NCBI GenBank assembly: GCA_964544065.1 | Contig: CAZJBA010000005.1 | Span: 1 to 36,871, forward strand | Direction of reading: 5' to 3' | From: an uncultured Anaerolineales bacterium | GTDB taxonomy: Bacteria; Chloroflexota; Anaerolineae; Anaerolineales; UBA11858 | DNA length: 36,871 bases | Shown: positions 27,978-36,871 of the stretch, one piece after another | Layout: each line of letters starts with the position of its first letter | Position numbering within the stretch: the first letter of the stretch is position 1 | Program-made: the position numbers and the translations under genes | Notes under the pieces: generated by a model | What the model was told of the DNA's origin: nothing | Databases searched by the model: none | The model's input: only the letters and a program-made list of their open reading frames with translations

Positions 27978-29300
27978 ATGATTGACGTAATTATCGAAAT
28001 CTTGATCCTCTTCTTGCTGATTGTTGGCAATGGCATCTTTGCCATGTCTGAAATTGCCATGATCTCGGCTCGGCGCGCCCGTTTGGAAGAGCGCGCCAAA
28101 CAGGGCAAATTGGGCGCAAAAGCGGCCTTGGAGATGTTCCAGGACATGAACAGATTCCTGTCAACCATTCAGATTGGCATCACCCTGGTTGGCATTGTTG
28201 CCGGTGCCTACGGCGGTACCACCTTGGCTCTCAACATTGGAGACGCTCTCGCTGGGATTCCTTTTCTAGCGCCTTATGCTCACAGTATTGGCATCGCCAT
28301 TGTCGTCTTGGCCACCACTTATGTCACTCTGGTGCTAGGCGAGTTAGTCCCCAAACGGATTGCCCTCAATGGCCCTGATGCTATTAGCATGCGTGTTGCC
28401 AGGCCAATGCGCTTTCTTTCCAAAGTGGCCACCCCTTTGGTCGCTCTGCTGAGCAAATCCACCGACGCGATCATGAGCATTTTGCCGCTCGAGCCCACAC
28501 GAGAGCCGGTTGTCACCGAGGAGGAGATCCGCATCATGATGGAGCGGGGCGCCAAAGCAGGCATTCTCGACAAAGTGGAGCAAGACATCGTTGACCGCGC
28601 CCTGCGTTTGGATGATTTCAAAGTCGATGCGATCATGACCCCGGGTACCCGCATCAAGTGGCTGGATTTAGAGGATGATTCCGATACCATCTTGCAAAAA
28701 GCGATCCAGGGAGGACGCACCCGCTATCCCGTTTGCCGCAAACACCTCGACAACGTCGCCGGTGTCGTGCGCGTGCGTGATCTTTTTGCCCAGGCCCTTT
28801 CTTGCGAGGATGCTGGCGAGATCGATCTGAAATCGATCCTCTTTCAACCCGTCTTCGTCGTTGAGAGTATGCCCGCCATCAAGGTGCTCGAGTTGTTCCG
28901 TACGCACCATACCCACATCGCCATCATTCTGGATGAGTTTGGCGCCGTGGAGGGCTTGGTCACCATGCACGATTTCTTGGAAGAGATTGTTGGTCATGCG
29001 CCTGCCTACAAAGAGGAACAAGAACCAAATGCCATTCAACGCGATGATGGCACCTGGCTCCTCGATGGGCTCATGCCCATAATCGACTTTGTCGAAAAGT
29101 TCGATATTCCCGAATTACCCCCGGACGAAAAGGGCGATTATTACACCTTGGCCGGCTTTGCCGTCACCCGCATCGGCAATATTCCGATCTCATCGGACAA
29201 ATTTAAGTGGGGCGATTACCATTTTGAGATCATGGACATGGACGGGAAACGGGTGGACAAGGTACTGCTGATTCCGCCCTCGGTTGATCCCACCGATTGA
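27978..29300 (+). CDS. Hemolysin/CNNM-CorC family protein (DUF21, CBS pair, CorC_HlyC)
   Basis: NGIFAMSEIA, FLSTIQIGIT, GELVPKRIA, DEFGAVEGLVT, YYTLAGF, DMDGKRVDKV. Confidence 0.95.
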   Translation: MIDVIIEILILFLLIVGNGIFAMSEIAMISARRARLEERAKQGKLGAKAALEMFQDMNRFLSTIQIGITLVGIVAGAYGGTTLALNIGDALAGIPFLAPYAHSIGIAIVVLATTYVTLVLGELVPKRIALNGPDAISMRVARPMRFLSKVATPLVALLSKSTDAIMSILPLEPTREPVVTEEEIRIMMERGAKAGILDKVEQDIVDRALRLDDFKVDAIMTPGTRIKWLDLEDDSDTILQKAIQGGRTRYPVCRKHLDNVAGVVRVRDLFAQALSCEDAGEIDLKSILFQPVFVVESMPAIKVLELFRTHHTHIAIILDEFGAVEGLVTMHDFLEEIVGHAPAYKEEQEPNAIQRDDGTWLLDGLMPIIDFVEKFDIPELPPDEKGDYYTLAGFAVTRIGNIPISSDKFKWGDYHFEIMDMDGKRVDKVLLIPPSVDPTD

Positions 29301-29404
29301 ACCGACTTCGAGTCGGCTTTGGCTCTTACGTTGCATGCCTTGCTTGGCATACCTTTGGCAATGGCAAGCCCGCAATTCATTCGTGGGTTTGCGCTTAAAC
29401 CCAC

Positions 29405-29440
29405 AAGTGCCTGTCACCTCCGAGGTGGCAGGCACTTTTT
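29405..29440. terminator. Strong hairpin with T-run between convergent genes (terminator/REP-like)
   Basis: AAGTGCCTGTCACCT...AGGTGGCAGGCACTT followed by Ts; further small hairpins at 29301-29317 and 29383-29404. Confidence 0.65.
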
Positions 29441-29507
29441 GATTGGATTTGGAGAAACGATCTTGAGCGTCTCCATTTACCTCATTGAGAAAGTGGGGTC
29501 AAGCTAT

Positions 29508-29753
29508 TTACTCTTCATCGTAAAAGTAAGGATAGGCTGGGAACTCTAATCCGAAAAATCTAAACAGGAAGTGATAGTAATCTCCTAAAAAGATAATTGC
29601 CATAAGCGCGCTGATTAGAGTCGCTTCAAATAAGCTAAGAGGCAATAAACTGGACAGCACCCAGCCAAGACCTGTCAAGGCCAAGGTGACTATTCCCAAC
29701 ATGACCAAGGGGAAAATAATCCAGCCAAAAAGTGTACTGAGTAAAGCAATCAT
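29508..29753 (-). CDS. Small hydrophobic membrane protein, possibly truncated
   Basis: The ATG immediately follows the glyQS stop; 2-3 TM segments; AT-richer than glyQS. Confidence 0.5.
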   Translation of the reverse strand: MIALLSTLFGWIIFPLVMLGIVTLALTGLGWVLSSLLPLSLFEATLISALMAIIFLGDYYHFLFRFFGLEFPAYPYFYDEE

Positions 29754-32700
29754 CTAGAATCCTTCCAATTGACTCATATCCACAACCCCGTCGGCCAGGG
29801 CGGCGATGCGCTGGAGCAGGGCCAGGCGGTTGCGGCGAACGGTTTCGTCTTCGGCCATGACCAGCACCTCGTCGAAGAAGCGGTCGATGGCGGGGATCAT
29901 CGGTTCGAAGGCGGCCAGGAAATCATCCACCGAGCCCGGGGCGCGGTCTGCGGCTTCCGCCTTTTTCAGGGCTTGGAGGAGTTTCTTCTCGGCAGGCTCC
30001 GTCTCGGCGAGTTTCTGATACCCAATCCTTGATTCCTGATCGCGAGTGATGCGCACGCAGCGGGCGTAGGCATCCAACAGCTTTTCCCATTCGGGGCGCT
30101 GCACAGCCTGACTGAGCTGCTCGACAGCCTGGGCGGCCTTGGCCGGGTTGTAGCCCTGGGCGTTTACCACCGCGGCGACGACATCGTAGCGGTAGCCTTC
30201 GTCCAGGAAGAGATTGCGCAGCCGTTCGACGATGAAGGTCAGGGATTCGGTCTGGGAGTCAGGCTCGGCCTCGATGGGCAGATTCTCGGCTGCGGTTTGC
30301 AAGGCAGCGCGCAGATCGAAGTCCAGGTCCCAGGCGATCAGGTTGCCGACCAGCCCCAGGGCGGCGCGGCGCAGGGCAAAGGGGTCTTTGTTCCCGGTGG
30401 GGATCAGCCCGGCGGCGAACAGCCCGGCCAGCGAATCCAGCCGGTCGGCGATGCCGACGGCCAGCCCGGCTTTGCTCTCCGGGACGCGGCCGTCGGACGA
30501 GCGGGGCAGGTAATGTTCTTGGATGGCGACGGCGACGGCTTCCGGCTCACCGGAGTTGAGGGCATAATAGTAGCCCATCACCCCTTGCAGGGAAGTCATC
30601 TCGACGACCATTTGGGAGGCCAGGTCGGCTTTGCACAGGTGGGCGGCACGGCGGGCGGTTTCGGTCTCTTCCGTGCTCAGGTTCAGCATCGGGGCCAGTT
30701 CCCCAACCAGCCGTTCGATCCGCTTGCTCTTGTCCAGCATCGAGCCGAGATCGTGCTGGAAGGTCAAATTTTGGAGCGGATTGAGGAAATCTTCGAGATC
30801 TTTTTCGCGGTCCTCATCGACAAAATAAGCCGCATCGGTGAAGCGGGCCCGGATGACGTCTTCGTTGCCGCGGACGATCTCTTCGAAATCCTGGTCCGAC
30901 TTGATCTTCGGTTTGTTCGCCACGGTGATGAAGTAGGGTAAGAGCGTGCGGGGTGCGGTGTGCGAGGTATCGGGCGCAGGCACATCGGACGTCGCACTTC
31001 GCACCTGGATGGGGAAGTAGCGCTGGTGCTTTTTCATCACCGAGATGAGCACCTCGCGGGGCAGTGCCAGGTGGCGGGGGTTGAATTCGCCGCGCAGGGC
31101 GGTGGGCGCTTCGACCAGGTGGGTCACTTCCAGGAGCAGGCCGGGGTCCTCGGGTATTTCACCGTCCACCTCGGCAGCCAGCGCATGGATTTGCTTCTCG
31201 ATCTCCGCCTGGCGTTCCTCCGGGTTGAGCAGAATGTTCACTGTTTCGATGGCTTCAAAATAGTCGTCAGCATTCCTTACAGCGATGTCCTCGGTTTCGC
31301 TAAAGCGCAGCCCTCGGGTGGAGGCCCCGGCGGTCAGCCCGGCGTACTCGAAGGGGATCACAGTTTCGCCGTGCAGGGCCAGCAGCCAGCGGATTGGCCG
31401 GGAGAAAGCAACGTTGGTCTCGTTCCAGCGCATCGTCTTGAGGAAATGGATCTCAGCAACCAGGTCGGGAAGCACTTTGGCCAGGACCTCGTGCGCCGGG
31501 CGGCCTTCTTGGCGCACCACCGCGGCGACGTAGCGGCCGCCGTCCATCTCGCGGGCTTCCAGGGCATCCACATCCAGCCCTTTGGAGCGGGCGAAGCCGA
31601 TCGCGGCCTGGGTGGGGTTGCCCTCGTCGTCGAAGGCAACTTTGGCCGGGGGGCCTTTGACCAGCTCTTCCAGGTCGCTTTGCCGGGGGGCGACCTCTTC
31701 GACGTGGACGACCAGGCGGCGGGGCGTGCCCAAAACGTGGACCTCGCCGTGATCCAGACGGAGTTCGTCGAGCAGGGTGGGGACGTTATTCTCGAGTTGG
31801 GTGAAAGCATCTTCCAGATCAGTGTGCGGCAGTTCCTCAGTGCCGATTTCGAGTAACAGGGGCGCAGGTGTCTCGGTCTCAACGGCTGCAACCTGTGCAA
31901 CGGATCCCTGATCCCGGGTCGCCTGTTCCCCTGTTTCCTGATCATCCAGCCAGGGGAATTCCAGGCGTTGGCGTTGTTCGACATAGGCCTTGGCCACACG
32001 ATGGGAGAGCCGGCGCATGCGGCGGAAATACTCCGCCCGCTCGGTCACGCCGATAGCGCCGCGGGTATCGAGCACGTTGAAGGTGTGTGAGCACTTCAGC
32101 ATGTAATCATGGGCGGGGAGCACCTGCTGGTTTTCCAGGCAGACTTCGGCTTCGGCTTCGTAGAGATCGTATATCTCCCGCAGCCGCTCGACGTCGGCCA
32201 ACTCGAAGGCATACTTGCTCGCCTCCTGCTCGTTTTGGAGGTAAACATCGCCGTAGGTGCGCTCGGCGTTCCAGCGGATGTCGCGGAAATCGCGCACCTG
32301 CTGCAGGGCCATGGCGATCCGCTCCATGCCGTAGGTCAGCTCCACGCAGACGGGATCAAGCGTCAAACCGCCCGATTGCTGAAAGTAGGTAAACTGGGTG
32401 ATCTCCAGGCCGTTCAGCCAAACCTCCCAGCCCAGGCCCCACGCGCCGGTCACGGGCGAAGCCCAGTTATCCTCCACGAAGCGGATGTCGTGAATGTCGG
32501 GATCGATCCCCAGGGCAATCAGCGATTGGAGATACACATCCTGTGAATCTTCCGGGGCCGGTTTGAGGATCACCTGGTATTGGATGTGCTGGTAGAAGCG
32601 GTTGGGATTCTCGCCGTAGCGGCCGTCATCCGGGCGGATGGAGGGCTCGACATAGGCGACATCCCAGGGCTCGGGGCCGAGCACGCGCAACGTGGTAGCT

Positions 32701-32819
32701 GGATTCATCGTCCCGGCGCCGACCTCGGTGTGGTAGGGCTGCCAGATCAGGCACCCCTTTTCGTTCCAGAAATCCTGAAGTTTGATGATGATGGTTTGAA
32801 AGTCAAGTGATTGGGTCAT
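29754..32819 (-). CDS. glyQS: Glycine--tRNA ligase, fused alpha+beta subunits
   Basis: Alpha: [37 protein letters not shown]. Beta: [41 protein letters not shown]. All in one ORF. Confidence 0.97.
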   Translation of the reverse strand: MTQSLDFQTIIIKLQDFWNEKGCLIWQPYHTEVGAGTMNPATTLRVLGPEPWDVAYVEPSIRPDDGRYGENPNRFYQHIQYQVILKPAPEDSQDVYLQSLIALGIDPDIHDIRFVEDNWASPVTGAWGLGWEVWLNGLEITQFTYFQQSGGLTLDPVCVELTYGMERIAMALQQVRDFRDIRWNAERTYGDVYLQNEQEASKYAFELADVERLREIYDLYEAEAEVCLENQQVLPAHDYMLKCSHTFNVLDTRGAIGVTERAEYFRRMRRLSHRVAKAYVEQRQRLEFPWLDDQETGEQATRDQGSVAQVAAVETETPAPLLLEIGTEELPHTDLEDAFTQLENNVPTLLDELRLDHGEVHVLGTPRRLVVHVEEVAPRQSDLEELVKGPPAKVAFDDEGNPTQAAIGFARSKGLDVDALEAREMDGGRYVAAVVRQEGRPAHEVLAKVLPDLVAEIHFLKTMRWNETNVAFSRPIRWLLALHGETVIPFEYAGLTAGASTRGLRFSETEDIAVRNADDYFEAIETVNILLNPEERQAEIEKQIHALAAEVDGEIPEDPGLLLEVTHLVEAPTALRGEFNPRHLALPREVLISVMKKHQRYFPIQVRSATSDVPAPDTSHTAPRTLLPYFITVANKPKIKSDQDFEEIVRGNEDVIRARFTDAAYFVDEDREKDLEDFLNPLQNLTFQHDLGSMLDKSKRIERLVGELAPMLNLSTEETETARRAAHLCKADLASQMVVEMTSLQGVMGYYYALNSGEPEAVAVAIQEHYLPRSSDGRVPESKAGLAVGIADRLDSLAGLFAAGLIPTGNKDPFALRRAALGLVGNLIAWDLDFDLRAALQTAAENLPIEAEPDSQTESLTFIVERLRNLFLDEGYRYDVVAAVVNAQGYNPAKAAQAVEQLSQAVQRPEWEKLLDAYARCVRITRDQESRIGYQKLAETEPAEKKLLQALKKAEAADRAPGSVDDFLAAFEPMIPAIDRFFDEVLVMAEDETVRRNRLALLQRIAALADGVVDMSQLEGF

Positions 32820-32896
32820 AGAGATAGTTCCGCAAATCGAATCGAATTTGAATAAATAGCTGTGGGTAGAAAGCCAACCGCTCGGCGACGTGTCTC

Positions 32897-32956
32897 CTGA
32901 CCGAGCCGAGGGCCTGACCGAAGGTCTCTTAGATGTTCACGGGGAGACCTGCACAC
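32897..32956. repeat. Truncated copy of the REP-like element at 13328-13450
   Basis: CCTGACCGAGCC-N5-CCTGACCGAAGGTCTC...GGAGACCT. Confidence 0.75.
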
Positions 32957-32984
32957 ATCGGATTGTCAACGTATTGCGTGGGGA

Positions 32985-34385
32985 TTATAACGCAATCCAG
33001 TCCAATTCCGCAGCGAGAATGAAGAAGAAAATCAACAAAACGGCGATGGTGAGCAGCACACTCAACAGAATCGTGATCGTCTTGACCGTGTCGCGCGGCT
33101 TGTCGCCGCCGACTTCGCCGGTTTGACCGTTGATCAAGATTTGATAGCGCTCCCCTTTGTATGGATAGCTGCCTATCCAAATGGGCAGCAGAATGTGCTT
33201 GAACGTCATCCCGCTCCAACGCCCTGAGCTGACATTCAGGTTGCGTTTTTTGCGTGTGGGCAAAATGCGTTGATGTAACTCACGCCGGACGCGCTTGACC
33301 ACCCGTTCACGGGCGTTCAGCGTGGCCTTAGCTAAAGGGATGTCGTAGGTCAGGGCGGGCCAGCCGGCCAGATATTCGGGCTGAAATTCGACCGCCTGTT
33401 TGACTTTAAAGGGGGTGATTGGGCTGATTTTCCGCCAGGACAGGGAGGAGTTCCCCGGGATGAGTTCGTCGTCGAACATCTCCAATTCAGCGCCGCTGCG
33501 CCGCACCCAGCGAGCATTATCGCCGCTGCCTTCTAAAACATCGCATTGCCAGCGGATTTCCAGGGTGCCATCCAGCGTCCAGAAGGGGTAATAGGCCGGT
33601 TGCAGGGTCATTTTACGGGCTGATGCTTCCAGGTTGTCGGGTGAAAACCATCCTTCTTCATCGAGCCAGGCTTCGGCGTTTTTGAAGGCTTGCTCTTTGT
33701 CAATTTCGATGATGCCAATCACCTGAGGATCGACAAGCTGAGCGGACTCTTCCGCTTCGATCAGTTGGTTGGATTGGCAGTAAGGGCATCGTGTGGCGCG
33801 TTGGCCGACGGCCCAGAGACTGACCGCGCCGCAATTTTGGCAGCTTAGCTGTCGTTGGTTCTCAGCCCACTGATGGCCGCGCTCGGTCGGCAAGACGAAA
33901 TCGAGCACCTGTTCCGCTGCCTCGGCGCTTTGTCCCCGCTCGATGTCTCGTTCGTAGCCGCAGTAGGGGCATTGGACTTGTTGATTCTGGATATCGAATG
34001 CGACCGTCCCGCCGCATTGGGGGCAGGCGAAACTCTGTTTCGTTTTCGCCTGGACGGGATCACCGGATTGGCTGGGTTGCACGCTCTCGCCCTGGGGCAG
34101 AATCTCATCCGGCTGGAGCTTGCCGGTCAGCAGCGCGAGACTTCTGCGGGCGGCCGCGTTGTAGGGATCAATGGCGACAGCTTGCTCCAGATATTCGCGT
34201 TTTTCGTCGGGGTCATCCGTAATTTCGGTGAGCCACAACCAGGGGCGCGCGTCCCCGGCTCGCATGTCGGCAGCCCGCTCGAGCAGCCTGCGGGCCAGGC
34301 GCTTGCTCCCGTTCTTCGCCGCGGTGATCCCGCTCCGCAGCGTGTCTTCGTATTCATCTTGGGGGGAAAAGCCAAATGAACTCAT
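32985..34385 (-). CDS. TPR-like + double zinc-ribbon protein with a C-terminal TM
   Basis: N-terminal TPR-like helices (ARRLLERA...PWLWL...YLEQAVAIDP), four CxxC (CPQC, CPYC, CQNC, CPYC), YYPFW, HILLPIW, INGQTGEVGGDKP and a terminal hydrophobic helix. ATG 34385 overlaps the upstream stop. Confidence 0.8.
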   Translation of the reverse strand: MSSFGFSPQDEYEDTLRSGITAAKNGSKRLARRLLERAADMRAGDARPWLWLTEITDDPDEKREYLEQAVAIDPYNAAARRSLALLTGKLQPDEILPQGESVQPSQSGDPVQAKTKQSFACPQCGGTVAFDIQNQQVQCPYCGYERDIERGQSAEAAEQVLDFVLPTERGHQWAENQRQLSCQNCGAVSLWAVGQRATRCPYCQSNQLIEAEESAQLVDPQVIGIIEIDKEQAFKNAEAWLDEEGWFSPDNLEASARKMTLQPAYYPFWTLDGTLEIRWQCDVLEGSGDNARWVRRSGAELEMFDDELIPGNSSLSWRKISPITPFKVKQAVEFQPEYLAGWPALTYDIPLAKATLNARERVVKRVRRELHQRILPTRKKRNLNVSSGRWSGMTFKHILLPIWIGSYPYKGERYQILINGQTGEVGGDKPRDTVKTITILLSVLLTIAVLLIFFFILAAELDWIAL

Positions 34386-34588
34386 GATTCTTTTTTCGGT
34401 GCACGCTGACGCCACTGCCAGTATTGTTCAAGATTTCGATACGGGATATCGGAATCGATGGCTTCCGCCATGTCTCTAAATCCTTTTACCACCCATTCTC
34501 CAGCATCGGTGGCGAGAGATTTGTGAAATGTGTCGAAATAAGATGATAGCGTATTTCGAAAAAAAGCCTTTCGTTCTTCTCGTTGCAT
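34382..34588 (-). pseudogene. EcoRV-family-like type II restriction endonuclease remnant (N- and C-termini fused, core deleted)
   Basis: ...GEWVVKGF|RDMAEAIDSDIPYRNLEQYWQWR matches my recollection of the two ends of EcoRV-family homologues; it lies 4 nt downstream of the adenine methylase. Confidence 0.65.
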
Positions 34589-34592
34589 TGGT

Positions 34593-35857
34593 TCAAGTCC
34601 CTATCAGTAGAATTTCCTTGGATTTTGAATTTGTCGATAATGCATATTGATATTGTCCGTAGTGTTCAACGCGAACTGACTTCTTATATTTTTGTAATAC
34701 ATTGATTAATTCAGCTTCGGAAGGGATGCCATCACTTCTGTAGGAAACAACGAGAATGCTGTCTTTAAATCTTTTGAAGAGCTTATCGAATGCTGTGGAA
34801 ATTTGGTCTTTGTCTGTCCACGCACTATTTTGTCTTTTCATGCGTTTGTGTTTTGTATTGTAATTGATGTATTCTTCCCATTGATCGTATATCGTCAGGC
34901 CCTCCAAAAAATGATAAAAAGCTAAATAATCGGTAGATGAGCCCTTGTTAGAAATATATGGCGTGTCGATGTAGACCAAATCATATTGGCCAGAAATATC
35001 TAACGCATCAAGATTGAGCGCTCGATTGTTTCGACCATTATCAAAAACAGCGCTATTGGCTTCGTTCACAAATTGAATGAACAATTCATCAAATGGTTTA
35101 TCCCACGTGGTCTTGTTGCCAAATGAGCGTTGGACATCGGCGAATCGCATATATAGATTTTTGCGATGAAATAGATTGAAGGGGCGTTTTATGATGCAAG
35201 CTTGTGATAATGCAAAAAATGCTAACTTGACAATGTCATATTTTCGTATAGACCACAGTAGAGCCGCCGATTGAGTAGCGCAGCGTATCGAAATCTAGGC
35301 GGAGCGGCTCTGATCAGCCCCGTTCTTGGTTTCGATACGGCAAAAAACGCCTACTCAACCGGCGAACTACCTTCACTTTGTTAGAATAAATGTTTAATGT
35401 GACATTGTCAAACTAATGAGAATTTATACGGATGATCCAGTTGGCGGAGATTTGTGATCGTTTGATCAATCCACCGATTTTCTTCGTCGGTGAAATAGAT
35501 GTTTGGAAAAGTTTTTTCCACAAAATTAGGATACTCGATATTTGCATGTCTTTGTAAAATCCAAGCGATTTCGTCTTGCGTAATACGGACGGCGCTATTT
35601 TCTATCAATGCTTTACCAAAGTGATAATTGAAACGCAAAATATCGTTGTAGGTAACTTTCTTCCCTTCTTGTTTCAAGCGATATGCAGTAGCTCCTGTTC
35701 CTCCAAAGGCGTCAAGGCAGGAGTAGAATTGATGCTCCTTGATTTGTTCCCAAATCCAATCAACCAATTTTGCCTTGCTGCCCTGGTAGCGGGTTGAGGG
35801 AAATGAAGCCGTGAGATTTGGAAAGAAAGAAGTTTGGTGCCCCAGCTTGTTTTGCAT
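34593..35857 (-). pseudogene. N6-adenine DNA methyltransferase (alpha/D12 class) interrupted by a MITE
   Basis: RYQGSK and DAFGGTG (SAM-binding) in the 5' part; LVYIDTPY (DPPY-like) in the 3' part. Removing 35226-35412 plus one CTAA gives a continuous 1074-bp frame (...YKFSLAFFALSQACIIKRPFNLFHRKNLYMRF...). Confidence 0.9.
35226..35412. mobile_element. 187-bp MITE with about 17-bp imperfect TIRs, CTAA target-site duplication and an internal REP-like palindrome
   Basis: Left end CTTGACAATGTCATATT; right end reverse complement TTTGACAATGTCACATT; CTAA at 35222-35225 and 35413-35416; internal TTGAGTAG..CGTATCGAAA / TTTCGATACG..CTACTCAA at 35258-35370. Confidence 0.9.
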
Positions 35858-35901
35858 TTTTTATCTCTCAATTGCGCCGCTGTTGCCGTTGTTTCCCTGC
35901 A

Positions 35902-35910
35902 ATTATAGCA
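35902..35910 (-). promoter_or_regulatory. Extended -10 (TGcTATAAT) for the R-M operon
   Basis: Consensus motif on the minus strand about 45 nt upstream of the methylase ATG. Confidence 0.55.
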
Positions 35911-35961
35911 GAACAGGGACAAAAACACCGCCACAGAGACAACTCGCGGCGGTGAAAAATT

Positions 35962-36019
35962 TTTTGACAGGATGGACAGGATCAACAAGATTGTGTAGAT
36001 CCTGTCCATCCTGTCAAAA
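35962..36019. repeat. Perfect 22-bp inverted repeat built from 9-bp-period units
   Basis: TTTTGACAGGATGGACAGGATC (35962-35983) / GATCCTGTCCATCCTGTCAAAA (35998-36019). Confidence 0.85.
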
Positions 36020-36063
36020 GAACTGTTTCGATGACATCCCTGTTCCATTGTATAATCACCGTC

Positions 36064-36871
36064 ATGATGACATCAACTTCTCCCTGGGGGCGGCGTGCTC
36101 TCGAATATGCTACCCAGCTAACCAATCTCTCGTTTGGACGTGGCTCGGCGAGCAAGGCCGAAGCCCAGGCAGCCGAATATGTTCAGGCGCAATTGAATCA
36201 GATGGATATCTTGGATGTTGAGCGGCAGCATTTCGCCGGATTACGCTCGATCTGGTATTTCTTCGCTCTGACCTTCGGACTCGCTCTTAGCGGGCACCTG
36301 GCCTACTGGCTTTTGCGCGCTTCCGCTGGGGTTCTCCCTGCCGCCGCGTTGACGCTGCCGTTTTTCGCCTTTGCTGCCTTCTTGCTGTGGCGCAAATTCA
36401 CCTTTCGAGATTATCCCCTCCGTCAGGTGCTCCCCCACGGCCCCAGCCAAAACGTGATCGCCGTGCTCTCCCCCGAAGAACAAGTTCGCCAACGGGTGCT
36501 GCTGACCGGCCATCTCGACAGCCATCAGGCCGTGTTCTGGTACGCCAAGGACATCCTGGTGACGATCTACGCCCTGGCCGCCCCGGTGATCGTGTTCGGA
36601 GCCTTCCTTGCCCCGTTGTTGTACCTTCTCCTCGCCTTGACGGGATGGAGCCCCTTGCGCTGGTTGACTCTGTTCCTCGCCGGGATGCACGGCCTCGCCT
36701 GGCTGACCAGCTTGACTGCCGATTTCAGCCCCCTCTCGCCCGGAGCCAACGACAACGCCTCCGCGGTTGGCACCGTGCTGGCTTTGGGCGAGCGGCTGCG
36801 CCAGCGGCCGTTAGAGCATACCGAAGTCTGGCTGGCCTTCACCGGCTGCGAAGAATCCGGCGCCGATGGCA
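36064..36871 (+). CDS. Membrane-embedded M28 family metallopeptidase (3' partial; absent from the ORF track)
   Basis: Open frame from ATG 36064 to the window end: RGSASKAEAQAAEY, SQNVIA, LTGHLDS, SPGANDNASAVG, AFTGCEE, with interspersed TM segments. Confidence 0.9.
   Translation, partial: MMTSTSPWGRRALEYATQLTNLSFGRGSASKAEAQAAEYVQAQLNQMDILDVERQHFAGLRSIWYFFALTFGLALSGHLAYWLLRASAGVLPAAALTLPFFAFAAFLLWRKFTFRDYPLRQVLPHGPSQNVIAVLSPEEQVRQRVLLTGHLDSHQAVFWYAKDILVTIYALAAPVIVFGAFLAPLLYLLLALTGWSPLRWLTLFLAGMHGLAWLTSLTADFSPLSPGANDNASAVGTVLALGERLRQRPLEHTEVWLAFTGCEESGADG

Noticed and set aside
3338-29757. Five genes end in CTAG (comEC, hydrolase, multi-TM protein, dnaG, glyQS), a typical IS target
   Set aside because: C-ending codons before TAG are common at this GC content. 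Only two sites (5777, 13229) are followed by IS-end-like sequence, and neither shows a matching second end.
32820-32984. T-box riboswitch upstream of glyQS
   Set aside because: No GGTGGnACCGCG T-box or specifier-stem motifs are visible; the leader is occupied by a REP-like repeat.

Overview
A 36.9-kb chromosomal window, most likely from a Chloroflexota (Anaerolineae-like) bacterium; this is inferred from the fused glyQS, the dnaG-rpoD pair with an inserted sigma70, and the many multi-TM/GAF signalling proteins. The backbone is housekeeping and competence genes: comEC, an orphan GAF histidine kinase, an alpha/beta hydrolase, lspA-RluA-ltaE-punA, a GNAT, a multi-TM/GAF/HTH protein, an S1 protein-comEA-adenylate cyclase run, a thiolase, a lactate permease, a CAAX protease, rpoD, dnaG, a CorC/hemolysin protein, glyQS and an M28 peptidase. 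Accessory content is a fused MNT-HEPN gene and a dead type II restriction-modification locus. Its methylase is split by a 187-bp MITE with a CTAA duplication whose removal exactly restores the frame, and its EcoRV-like nuclease is reduced to its two ends. Two unusual patterns stand out. (1) Four genes appear 'hollowed out': start and stop are retained but the middle is deleted. (2) Intergenic DNA is a dense mosaic of nested palindromic repeats: 7-bp and 9-bp periodic units, REP-like hairpins and shuffled GAA-loop mini-hairpin modules, with heptamer arrays also present in-frame in the essential glyQS gene. I found no rRNA, tRNA, CRISPR array or intact transposase. Family assignments come from motif recognition only; no database searches were run.
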